A stretch of DNA of 64,000 bases from Convolutriloba macropyga (Eukaryota). Shown piece by piece: positions 14,101 to 25,865 of the stretch; position 1 is the stretch's first letter, and each line of letters opens with the position of its first letter. Below the pieces are notes generated by a model that worked only from the letters and a program-made list of their open reading frames with translations, was not told the DNA's origin and searched no databases. The position numbers and the translations under genes were made by a program. The DNA lies in assembly GCF_964194025.1 (NCBI RefSeq), contig NC_134474.1:55428001-55492000 (forward strand), written 5' to 3'.

Positions 14101-17100
14101 CATAATTGGCTGCAAGTTGGTGAAGGTTCGCGGTCCGTCTCCTCAATGTAACCTTTTACAATATCGTTCTGAATTAAGCTGCTGTAGGTGTCGGCTAACT
14201 GTTTGTCTTCATTGAGGCGCTTTTCCAATGATCGTAATTGGGCTTTTGCTAGAAAGTAATTGTTAGAAAATTGTATGTTTTGTTTCCAGGGTAGTCCAAT
14301 CTCATACCTCTCTCCGTTATGTTTTACTGTATCCTCGAAAATTTGTAGGGCTTTCTTGTCTTCTTGGTTTACTGTATTAGGTGAAGCCTTTGTTGTTCTT
14401 GTTCCTTCACAGGTCCGAAATAATTGTAGCATGTCTTCGTCCAAAATTGTCTCTTCTGACTTAACCCTATTGAACAAGGTTATATTACGATTGCATTGGT
14501 TCTTCTCTGTAATTTGTCTATACTTCTTTGGGACTGGTCCTGTTATTGTCCATTCTAATTGTGTGAGAACTCCGTACGGTGTTCCCGGTGGTCCGATTGT
14601 GTACTTGAGTGGAACTGTTGCTGTAAAAGCATCGGCTCCTATCAGAATACCTATTTTGTTGTCTCTGATTTGAGAAAAATTGATATCGCTTAAATGACCG
14701 AAGTCCTTACAAACGCTGTTGAGCATCTGAATTGGCACCGTCGGCATTAAGTCTGTGGTAGCAGTCGCAAAGACTGGTAAGTTAATGATAGGTCTACTGC
14801 TGTCGATGGCTCCAATCCCAAGAAAAATTTCTGTTGTTTCAATCGTGTGTTCTTGGTATAGTGATGCTACGGGTATTGTAACACATTTCCTATCACGAAT
14901 TCCTAAAGCATCTGCTATTGTCTTGGTAATTTGCGTATTGTCACTTCCACTGTCAAGGAGAGCGTAAGTTTCAATGGAGACCGTCTCCGAAAACACTGTT
15001 ACCGGTATTGCTTGGAGCTGAAAATGTGGTCGGATCCAACTGCTCAGCTGGTTATTACTGCAAGTGCAGTTCTGGTGTCGGTTATTGCTGCCTGAGAAGC
15101 TTTGCGAATTTTGGTCTGTTGAGTGCTGATATTGTTGATTAAAGTTTCCTGATGTTGGCTGCTGTTGTTGAACATTGGGCGTATTGGGCACTTGATGTGA
15201 TTGCCCGTAATAGAAGTTCCGGTTATGTCTGTTGTAGCTGTTACTATTGTTGTAGTTACCATTTGTGCTATTGTTGCTGTTGCTGTTGATGCTGCTGTTG
15301 CTGTTGTAGTTGTTGTTGTTGCTGCTGTTGTATCGGCTTCTGCTGCGTTGCCGGTTGTAACCACTGTTACCATTTTGTCTAGTTTGGTGATTGCAGTTGG
15401 GGTTACTGCTGCTCAAATTTTTGTTCCACGAAGAACTGTTGTTTGTGAAATTGAACTGGTTTCTGTACAAGTTATCTGCATTGTGTCGATATTCAGATGT
15501 TGATTGGTTTTGTCCTTGATTACTAGGCTGTGTTGTGTTGAAATTGTTACGGTGTATTGTTGAGTGATGAAAACCGTTACAATTGTCTACCTGGCATCTG
15601 TATTTGCTGTTGCATTGTCCTTTTGGATGTTCAGTAAGACAATTTGGGCATAAGTGCAGTTGTCGCACTGTCTGCTGTCTGTCGTACACGTTTTCACTCA
15701 AAAATTTTTGACATTTTCCTAAATTGTGGCTTTGTGAACAAAGCGGGCAATTCTTTCTGGCGTTGATCCTTTGTTCAGATTTTCCACGTTGGTGTGTTCT
15801 CTCATAGAATGAATTTCTGTTGTGAGTGCGTGGCATATCTTCGCACGCTTCGGCATACTTGTCTATCCAATCTTTGAAAGGAATCAAATTTGGGTTAACA
15901 AGTTCTTTGCGGATGACATTTTCGTTCCACTTTATTATCATTGCAGGAGGTAGTTTTTCTTTGGCTACTCTGAGAACGGCGGATGATTGCAGGTCCGGCG
16001 TAAACTCGTGAAGAAGAAAAGTTTGTACTAATTGTCTGAGAAACGCTGCAAATGAAATGAAGCTGTCTGGGTTGTCTGTCGAAGGCTTGGGCCAGCGTTC
16101 CAGTTTTTCAAGATATGCTGCAATAACAGTTTGTGGTCTTCCAAATCTTCTCTTGAGTTCAGTTATTACATCGTGGTAAAATTCTCCATTATATGAGTAT
16201 CCAAAAACGCTTTCCTTTGCGCGATCTGTGAGAGCGTTTTGGAGATAGGTGATTTTCCGTGCGTCCGAAAGAGACACGTTATCATGTATTGTTGATTTGA
16301 AATAACAATACCACTCGTGCCATTTGAGGGGGTCTCCGTTGTATGTCTTCAGTTGTGTCTTTGGCAAATTGATATTATGTACGGGTTTCTCTGATTTGGT
16401 GTAAATTGCAGATTGCGAAAATGTTCGTTGGTTGAATTGGTTGTGTGATATTCATGTAGTTGTGTAGCAGATTCGCAGTGAACTGTGGGTTGTCTGACAT
16501 TGGAGCTGTCCTCGTATCTCTCCATACTGTTCTCTCTGATTTCGTGTATTGCATGAGACTCGCTGCGGCAAGACCTTGTCTGTATTTCCGTGTCAGATGT
16601 GTCTGCTGATACTGTTGGACGGCTGTAGGTTGTCTGTGTTAACATGGTATTCTCATTGCAACGAGGTTGATTCCGATTCTCGGGTGAGAAAATGTTTCTA
16701 TCCCTTGTTTGTTTTTGTTTATTCGAAGCAAGAGTTCGTGAATTTGTTAGGCAACTTTCCTGTTGTGTTGATTGTTGGTGAGTTGTGCTTCCCACAATAA
16801 ATTGTAGTTTGGATGCTTGGTTCTTTGAGGAAACTTTTGCACGCGAATCGTTTCGTTGGTTTGTCTCTTCATCGCTGTCACTGTCACTGTCGTCACAGCT
16901 GTCCTCTGAGGGACAATTGCTAATACCTTTTTGTGCTATGAGCAGTTTTGAATTTCTGAGTTGTTTATCTGGAAGCTGATGGCTTTTAAATATTGCTGAG
17001 TGATTTACTATTGATGTTGTTTGGGGGTCCTGATTGTTTTTGTTGGGTTTCACAAACTGAAATGGTTCGGCAAATTGATTATGCCAATTTGTTCCAATGC

Positions 17101-18003
17101 ACTCGTTATGTTGATTGCTCTGGGTTCCCTTGGAAAGTTCAGGTTGTCGTTCGTTTCCTTCGTTTGAATCTTTAGGTTCACTATTGGAGGTCTGTTCAAC
17201 AAATGTTTGAGAAGACCCCTGTTGTAAACTGTTCCGCTCCCAATCTATTCGTTGATTACTAATTCCTATGCTGTTGTTTGCTGTGTTTTCTACAGTTTCT
17301 CCAATGATACGTTTGCAGGATTTATTCGACACAACTGTATCTCTGCCGTTTTTTCGATGACTGTCAGGCGAAGAATTGTCAGTGTCATTTCGAAAATTCA
17401 GTGATTGATATCTATCAATGCTGAGTGCGATTTCATTTGAGACAGAACAACTGGTATTGTTTCTTTCGGTCAGTGTCGGGCATGAGTCTTGTGGCTGTGA
17501 TATAGAGATGCGCAGACTTCTATCTGATGATGATTCTCTCGAGTTGTTAGATGAATTATGTCTTTTCGTAAGTTGTACCTCTGTGTGATTTTGGGCTGCA
17601 TTTTCTTTGTGCCTGGTGTATCTGTTTGATATAATTTCGATGAAGGCGCATACATTGTTGTTTTTGTAATAGGATTGCCTCCTGAAGCACCAACTGTGTT
17701 CATCTTTGATCTAGACAAACCATTTATAATTTTCTTCCATTTCAGCAATGTTGTTGTGCGTTCACCTGAGCGTTCGGCAACTGTGATGTTCTCGTTAGTT
17801 GTAAGGGTAAACTCGGAGATATTATCCAATAGCTTGTCCAAGCATGCCTTATGTTCCAGCAGTGTGTCATACGTGAGTTGAAGAACGTCAACGTCATCGG
17901 TCTGATACTGTTCCTCAAGAAAGTTAACTGCTGAGCCCCACTCAACTTCACGTCTCATTTGTTGGATCAACGTCTCTTTCCTTTTATTTGTTTTTGGTGC
18001 CAT
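11188..18003 (-). pseudogene. BEL/Pao gag-pol polyprotein, disrupted (about 3 frameshifts and 1 in-frame stop)
   Basis: DUF1759-like PKTQLKTYNGDPLKWHEW; triple knuckle CPLCSQSHNLGKC / CPNCLTEHPKGQC / CQVDNCNGFHHSTIH; protease ALLDSGSD; RT YMDD; RNase H LHVFTDAS...PKLELEA; integrase H-H-C-C, GLDYFGP, SDNGTNF, GGIWER. In-frame TAA at 12480-12482 and frame changes near ~17500, ~16370 and ~11440. Confidence 0.95.
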
Positions 18004-19393
18004 TTGTTTCGGTCTAATTGCTGTTTGGAATTGTTCGGGTTATTCTTGCTTAGTGCTTAATTAGTTTGCAGTTTTGAACAATTTCAGTTTCTATGCAAAT
18101 TTAAACAGCACTATCAATGAGAAACCCTGTATTGTTGCGCGCAAGAGTATTCAGTGTTACTTGAGGTTGGTAAAGAAGCTGCTCTTTCTACTTCCGTTGT
18201 CTGTTTTTTAACTAGTATTCTCCAATCTGTATGCAGTCTAATGGTTGTGAGTTCTTTTAATTGTCAGCCTATTTGCTGATAAACGATTATTTTTACTTTT
18301 TTCGAAAGAAAATTCCTTTGTTATGGTGATATGTTAAAAGAGCAAAATTTATCTCAGAGCCGAGTGTGCTTTTATATTGTTGTGATATTAGTGAAGGTAT
18401 GGTCTGAGTTTCTTTTATCCTAAACTTGGTTGGGTCTGTTGGACTTTGCAGATGGTCAGAGAACGTCAATTTTTTTAAGGAAAATTATTGTCAAAAGAAA
18501 TTATTTTTTGCCGACTTTTGATACGTGGGGTTACTACTTGACGTTTAAATCTTCTCTGCAACGAACAACCTAAATCCGAAGCTTTGTCTACTGTTTAACG
18601 TGCCCTCTGAAGTAGAAAGTGTTTGACTGTAATTGCCGTGTTCTTTCTTGCTTTACATTTTGAAGAGATTGAAAATTCCAAAACTTCGATATCTATCTAC
18701 GATAAAAAACAAATTTTATTGTGTTGTTATTTTCTTTATGTGTGTGTATATGATTGAACACTATCTACTTCAAAGCAAAGAACGATGTACACGCATCTAC
18801 AGCTATTAAACTGCTTTCTAAAAAAAGGAGGTGGTTTTTTTTGCAATAAGTTGTGATGCTGTTTAGGCCTTTTTGCACAATAAAACTTTTTCAATGATAA
18901 CAAAGACGCGTGGACAAAGTCTTTTTGTTTATAAATATGATATTAGGTATATAAATATATATATAGGTAAAATAGGCTTATATAGATATAGGTTACTTCT
19001 GATTGAGACCCTTTTACTTTTGTTACTTAGTTCTTTGTTAGAAAGATAGAACTATAAAAAATTAGTTGCTGGCAAACAATGCTTTACTTTCATATTCCGA
19101 AACTATTTTCCTTCTCTTTTGGAATTTGTATTTGATTATGCTATTTCTGTATTTTTTCTGTTCTCCTTCTTTTTTGTAAGTTTTGAATTTTTCCTCTCTC
19201 TTTTTTCGTATTCGTTGGCGGGCTGTAGTTGCAGTTCTAAATTGTTCTAAAATAAAGAAAACATTGAGTTATGTGAATACAGATATTCGGTATTGAAAAG
19301 AATTCAAAGGTACTCCCTGTCTTTACGTCAATTTTTTTTTAAGGTCTACAATTTTAATTTTATCTCAGATGTTTTTAATTGCAGTTCGTTGTT

Positions 19394-19405
19394 TCGGGGT
19401 CCCCA
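19394..19405 (-). other. Primer-binding site, tRNA-Trp-like
   Basis: TGGGGACCCCGA lies 1 nt inside the 5' LTR and matches TGGTGACCCCGA (complement of the tRNA-Trp 3' end) at 11/12. Confidence 0.7.
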
Positions 19406-19406
19406 A

Positions 19407-19568
19407 TGTTGACCAACTTGCTTATAAGATCGATTTGACAATAGTAAATTCACAAACTTTGGTTTCAGCGGTAAATTAGCATGGAAACATAAGCGCTAAA
19501 GTTAGAAATCAAATCATGCAAAAGTCAAATTAAGAAACTTGCGAAATATTGAAGCTTGAGCTTCAACA
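19407..19568 (-). repeat. 5' LTR of the BEL element
   Basis: Matches 10612-10773; adjacent to the PBS internally and the TSD externally. Confidence 0.97.
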
Positions 19569-20846
19569 AGGCCTCTAGAAAGCCTAGTTCAGTGCTGCAA
19601 TCTAGATTTTCAAAAACACTTGGGCAGAATTCCATCTTTTCACAAATATTTCACTAGTCAATTTTTTTTTACTACAGGGAAAAAATAAAATCAATTATGA
19701 GGAAACACACCTAATTGAAATAAAAACAAAAACTAGTGATATTTTGATAATAAGGAAGCACTACTGTGAATGTAACATCGAGTATAGATAAAAAAACTGT
19801 TTCCATTTCTTCTGTCTTTTTCCTTCACGCGGACTGCATAGTCAGGTTTGCTCTTGGGCATAATACAGAAGAACTTTCCATTTCAACTATTTAAGACTTA
19901 CAGCCCGTTCAGTTAATAGAACGATTAGATGGATGCACAGATTACTCTTGTTTGTGACTATTTCTCTAGTCGAACAAAAAAATTGTTGAGTTAACCACCT
20001 ACTGTGGGCTTTCTTCTCAAACCTATGCTAATAAGCTCAAAATTTCTCTAAAACGAAGTTATTTATAGTTAAAATTTTTTGTTTTCTCTGACCAGGACAA
20101 TTTAATCGTTCTTTCTGAGTCCCATAAAATTCTAATGAAATGATTCAAATTATACTTCAAGGGCTCCAACGTTGTTTACCACGCCGCATCATAAAAGAAA
20201 CGCATATTTGACTATAGGCAGTACATACACCTCATAAAAACAATGAAATGAACATATGACTTAAAGACTATTGATACAGGGATTTGTTTTTATCTTTTTC
20301 ATAAATTAGTCTAGTAGTGCCAATCAGAATGAAGAAATTTATCCTACTGTACAGCGCTAATCTACCAATACTATTAGCACTATTATTTTAAATAGTGTTT
20401 CATAAATTTCAGCTCAAGTAGGTTTGGTAGAAGAAAATGGGCTCTTTTCTGCTAGCAATTGTTTTAAAACAAATCAATAATTTGGTATCCTCAACCCTCC
20501 CCCACCCAACAAAACTTTTCCTGTTCTTGTTTTCATTTTTTGAACAGTTTTCCTTCCAACCTGCAATAAATTTAGTACTCAAAACTAAAAATCAAAATTA
20601 TTCTCTAAGAGCTAAAAATTGACGTTTCTTTTTTCTCAACGATGCGTAAATAAAGAATGAAAAAATCAGAGAATAAAAAAGCCGGTACCGAATAAATATC
20701 CTCATTTTGAAAATTTTTGAAACAAAAACATATCAAGTCTAGAAAACATGTAATAAATCTAAATTAATATCATATATGCAGGTATTTTTTAAGTTTATTT
20801 TTCTGCTATTCCAATCGAGGGTTGATTAGTCCTGTAGACAACTTTC

Positions 20847-20916
20847 GCATATAATGTAACTCACTGCATACAATGTAAGTCACTGCATACAATGTAAGTC
20901 ACTGCATATAATGTAA
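20847..20916. repeat. 19-bp minisatellite (gcatacaatgtaagtcact) x ~3.7
   Basis: Directly visible tandem units. Confidence 0.85.
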
Positions 20917-22916
20917 ACATCAACCAAAAATATGTTCTTATTGCATTTTTTAGTAATTACGACCTTTGTAAAGGTATCTACTACTATAATTTTCTTGAAA
21001 AGTGTTACATATATGGTTGTTGATGTATTATACCAGGAACGCTTTTTTTAGGAAAATAAATAACCGTTTCAGAAGAGATCACAATATTAATTTTTGGGGG
21101 GTGCCTAAACTCTTGTTTGTGACTATTTCGCTAGTCGAACAAAAAAATTGTTGAGTTAACTACCTACTGTGGGCTTTCTTCTCAAACCTGTGCTAATAAG
21201 CTCAAAATGTCTCTTAGACGAAGTTATTTATAGTTAAAATTTTTTGTTTTCTCTGACCAGGACAATTTTGACTATATATGACTGGGGGCGCTAGCCGAAA
21301 ATATCCGGAAAATGGTTTTGTCATTCTAGGTAGCTTATTGATAGATTAACGGTTAGAAGCCAACAGAAACTGCTTATGGCTCTACTTGAAACTAATTGAC
21401 CACTCAAAAACCAAAAAAAATACGCTTAGGGAAAAAACTAAATTCGCAGTACCTTTTTCAAATCTTTTTATTGCAAATCTTTTTATAAGAAAATGTGAAA
21501 ATTCACATAAAATCATAGTGCTTATATTAGGTGAACTATATCGAACGTCAATTAGTTGAAGTTTTTAATTCACTTTTTTGAACTGTTTTAGCTTTTAACT
21601 TGCTTTTTAACTGTTTTAATTGCTTTGCGTGAGTTAACACAGAAGTCATGAGTCTTGATGAGTAGGGCTGGGGGGGGGGGGGGTACTACGCGAAAGGAAA
21701 GGGGGCTATTTTTAATTGGTATTCTCCTGATGTCCAACAAAACCCGCCTACTGGCTAGCTACAAAAATCTTTTTTGACTAATATCGAGCTCTCGCATAGT
21801 ATTCCATCCCCCCGGCTAGTCAAAAGGGATCAAAAACAAATATACAAGACTGACACACCATGGAATTGTCTCCTCAAAACAATTTTGGTTTATCGCACGC
21901 TCAGAGACTAGTAAGGCGTAAGGCTCTAAGAGAACTGCCCAGTCACTTTATCCCCCCTCCCAGTGCTTTACCTGTTTCTCCCGTTTTTGAGGACGATAAG
22001 TTAAAAGGGTCAGGCGAGAAATCCGTCAAGCGAAAACTGGCATTAAAAAGACCACAGGACTATAATAGCTACTTGGTTCGAGAGAAATTAATTACTCCTA
22101 ATTGGCGTCTAAAAATTGATTCAAAGCCAGTACTTGGCCTGGTTACAAAAAAATCCCGTAAAATAATACTCGACATGAGGAAAAATAGCTGTGGTCAAAA
22201 GAGATTGCGCATTAACCTCCTTTTTCAGCTGAATGAAAGAAGATATGATAACTATTTTTGTTAGGCCACATAGAACTTCGTCATTTTTTGTGCTTTTTTT
22301 CAAGTCTTACTGCACTCTTAAACCAATTCAAAAGGTAACGCCCTATTGCAAAGTTACCCGCCAAAAGATCAATTAACAGTTAAACTCTTGGTCAAAAAAT
22401 TAATCTAAATTTTGAGCATTAAAATTTTGCAGGTATTGTAAATACGTAGTTACAGATACCAGAAAATCTCTTTACCAGCAAAAAATTAGACACACTTTTC
22501 TAATCTACATAGCCAGTATTTAAACGATTCTTGATAACTGACTCCATACTAATACCTCAAGGAAACGCAATTAGCTTTATGGCCCATGAGCTAGAAACAG
22601 CCTTCAGAAATCTTCCAAAGCAGTGGTGGCAGACCCAACAGACCTATTATCGATTCATTTCGGTCACCCAAGATGAAGTAAACGGCCCAAAACTGGTATA
22701 GCCCAGACTGACAATAAAATTATAAAAATTTCTCGGGTTTCTATATCTTCGGGTTTCTATATTTAAAATATCGGGTTTCCTTGAATTTCCCTGTAAAGGA
22801 TTCTCATGAAAAAACAGACAAGACAGAAACGGTCGATCAGTCAAAGAAGTGTTTCTGTATTGGTTCGATTTGCGCTGTCCAAACAATTTAGAATACTTTT
22901 TCAATTAATCAGATCC

Positions 22917-23113
22917 CTGAATAGTGGGCCATCCAGACTCGGACACTGAAGTCTGGTAATCTTCACTGCGACACTCGGGCGCACATGGACACTCGACAGA
23001 TGGGTCTCCCGCATTGACCAGTTTGTGAACTTCACTCACACACTCCCTCTCCTCCCTGTCCCACCCCTGACAGATCTTGTTAGTAGTCGTGTCGTTGCCA
23101 TCGTAAAAGTCAC
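22917..23113 (-). CDS. DEG/ENaC gene exon (Cys-rich thumb to WP motif); absent from the ORF track
   Basis: Acceptor ttatcag|GT, phase 1. Hand translation gives (G)DFYDGNDTTTNKICQGWDREERECVSEVHKLVNAGDPSVECPCAPECRSEDYQTSVSESGWPTIQ, the CxCxxxC...Y...S...WP thumb signature. Followed by ggatct (non-GT donor). Confidence 0.92.
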
Positions 23114-23707
23114 CTGATAAAACACTATTGTAGAACTATTGCCGTATTGCCGTCCTCCCAAAAGTTTTTTTTACAAACAGTCAGCTGCTCACATAAAGTA
23201 TACCCACATTATAAGTGCTTTTTACAATCTAGAGGTGAATCAAAACTTTATATTTTCAAGAATTTATGAAGACGATTCCTTGTTAAAAATTCAATGAGAT
23301 TGCCCAAACAAAATATTCACTACGTTTTCAGAAGTCACTTAGATTTGAACACGTTTTCATAATCGTAAACACAAAACCTTCTTAATGATTCCTCTTGCTA
23401 CATTTTGAAGCCAAAAAATCTCTGACATAACCTCTGATATAATTTCTGAAAACTCTGATATAATTTCAGAATAATATGACAAATTCTGATCCATTAGTTC
23501 CAAAACTTAAAAAAATTTTGAAACATAGACGGTAGATTGCCGGAAAATAGCCGCCATAGACGCTTGGGGCCTTCCATGAATTGAAACAACTAAAGAGATT
23601 AGATAGACAGATCGACCACCAGCCCTTTAGGTTAGCTTTGGACTGTCATTTTTATGAGACACGTAAGCTCTAGAAGGAGAAAGCCCTAATACGGTATTTC
23701 AAAATTA

Positions 23708-23869
23708 GGATCTTTTCCGTTTGTGCCCCCCCAGCTTAGTGGGCGCATATTATTTGCACCCCTCAGATGCACGTGCAATATTTTTTACATAATGACTTAA
23801 TATGTAATGGCACGTGCTCTGTAACTGGGGGGCGCATAACGTACTGGGGGGCACAAACGAAGAACATCC
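23708..23869. mobile_element. 162-bp MITE with GG termini and 8-bp TSD (Merlin-like)
   Basis: TIRs ggatcttttccgtttgtgccccc / gggggcacaaacgaagaacatcc; TSD caaaatta at 23700-23707 and 23870-23877. Confidence 0.85.
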
Positions 23870-24104
23870 CAAAATTAATATTCGAAATCAAAAACTCAAG
23901 ACTCTAATAATCAAGAATTAGAGCATATATGTTTGGCACTACTTAGATGCACACTATTGACCTTTAATAAGTAAATGTTCATAAAATTTAAAGTTCCATA
24001 AGTGAGTTCAGAAGTCATTTTTTTGAGTGAGGTAAGTCATTGAAAAAGTCAATTCCAAGAAGTCAGGGTAAGACGAAACAAAAATCTGTTAGAAGAAGTA
24101 AAAA

Positions 24105-25865
24105 AACATAGCAGGACAAGTCCTGAAATACAATTCAAAGAATTGAATGAAAAACTCAAAAGTACTCTTCCTGACAAGCAGATCAATTGAACAACAATGC
24201 CAGCCAAAACACAAAACCATCTCGAAAAATTGAGAAACAAAAACAATCAAACAAACTAAACAAAAATATACTCATTGCTAAAACTCTTGAAGCTTTTAAA
24301 CTTAAGGCAAAAAATTTTTTTCCTTTAAAAACACTTATTTCAAAAATATGTTCAAAACAAATTTTTGTTTCTGAAATTGGTCCAATATTATATCTGCAAG
24401 ACCTGAAAAAAATTCATTGGCCCTTGAAGATCGATTAACTCGAAAATGACCAAAAAAAATTTTTAAAAAAGGAATGAAATGCAAATTATGAAATGTTGCT
24501 GAAAATCGTGATATCAATATCTTCAAAATCATTTCTGTGTCTCTAGAAGCTGTGCACTAACCCAATTCAAAGCCTTAAACAATTCATTGGCTCAAAGATC
24601 GGGCAAAAATAGAAATTCGGTCTATAAAAATGTTGAAAGCCGTTCAATTGCCCCCTAGCAACTATTTAATAACATACTATCAAACCCTGGATGAGGTTAC
24701 CTGGCTACTGAGGCAAGAAAAACTAAATAAAACAAATGTTGAAAAAACTTGAAAAAAGCCAATTTTTCAAAAAGCTTCTGAAAACCTAAAAGTTAAATTG
24801 TTGAAAACAAATCTATTGAAACTAGCAACCATGCAGTTACTTTTTTATCAGAACGTGGAATAGGCCTTCTCGCACTTGAGAATGGACAAATATCAAAAAT
24901 TGACAAACACTTTAGGAAACCTGAAAAAATTGCAGCTTTTATTTAAAAAAATGCTAAAATTCGAGGCATTGAAACGTTGGAAAGCAATCCATTGTTACTA
25001 GAAGAAATTCAGTGTCCTATTATTAAATTTTCGAGGAGATTGCTTGGTCCTTGAAGCTGGAAAAACTCAAAAAATGACGAAAATTTTCAAACCTGAAAAA
25101 AATGCGAGTTTTGTCAAAAAATTGCTATAATTTGTGATATTCAAAATTTGAAACCTATTCCATTGCAACTAAAAAATTTTCAGTAACTTATTACCCAACC
25201 CCTGATTAGGTTTTCTGGACCCTGGGACTCTAGCAACCTGAATAATGACAATAAATATTAAAAAGGAAAAATAATTGCAAGTTTTGTCAAAAAATGCAAA
25301 AATACGTGATGGCAAAAAGTTGAAAACCATTCGATTACCACTATAAACTATGCCAAAATCTATTATCTAAAACCCTAGAGGAGGCTTCTTGACACCTAGG
25401 GCTGAAAAAACTTAAAAAAACTCAACAAATTTTCAAAAAACCTGAAAAAAATTGCAAAAATCAGTATCATTTTGCGTGTTTGTGTTTGTAGTACCAAAAC
25501 ATATAGCTCATAAAATGGTCATAGCAAGTAATTTTGTCTCGCAAAAAGCCTTCATCAACTTTTAAAAACTTCAACCTAACACTAATAAAAAAACTCAAAA
25601 AAATCACAAAAAACATGAAAAATTGCTCCATATTGAGCCCAAAAACTCCTAAAAATGAACTTTTAACCGTAAATTAAGGCCATTCCAGCAGCTGCAGCAC
25701 TATAAGCACTTGAAGTACTACTAAAGCCCACTTGGCCCATTGGGCCTCTAATGAAACTTAATGCCCGCTGGGTTTTACCTGTTTATCCCGTCATTGAAAA
25801 ATGTGTGAACACACCTAAAAAAAACACACAGCGCACCAATACAATTCAAATTCTTTGAATTGTAA
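24105..25865 (-). mobile_element. Helentron/DINE-1-like non-autonomous element, family 2
   Basis: One end is aacatag-CAGGAC-aa-GTCCTG (hairpin)-aaaTACAATTCAAA; the other is acaattcaaattcTTTGAATTGTA. The body is shared with 31398-34490. Confidence 0.6.

Larger units (their letters stand above)
10612..19568 (-). mobile_element. Full-length BEL/Pao LTR retrotransposon (8957 bp)
   Basis: Two 162-bp TG...CA LTRs with 2 mismatches and a 5-bp TSD AGGCC (10607-10611, 19569-19573). Domain order Gag-PR-RT-RH-IN with BEL-type motifs. Confidence 0.97.
9707..21275 (+). repeat. Tandem copies of the ~1.6-kb local repeat: unit A 9707-20272 (split by the BEL element), unit B 20273-20845 plus 21110-21275 (internally deleted or interrupted)
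   Basis: atacagggatttgttttt...ataaattagtctagtagtgc starts at both ~9707 and ~20273. 21110-21270 matches 19945-20103. Confidence 0.85.

Noticed and set aside
16349-17500. Programmed frameshifts in BEL gag
   Set aside because: BEL/Pao elements normally have one ORF, and this copy also has a nonsense codon and an integrase-end frameshift, so decay is the simpler explanation.
22911-22924. Idea that a GGATCT-ended MITE inserted exactly at the donor
   Set aside because: Only 6 bp match the MITE TIR, and I found no partner end or duplicated ctgaatag target in the intron.
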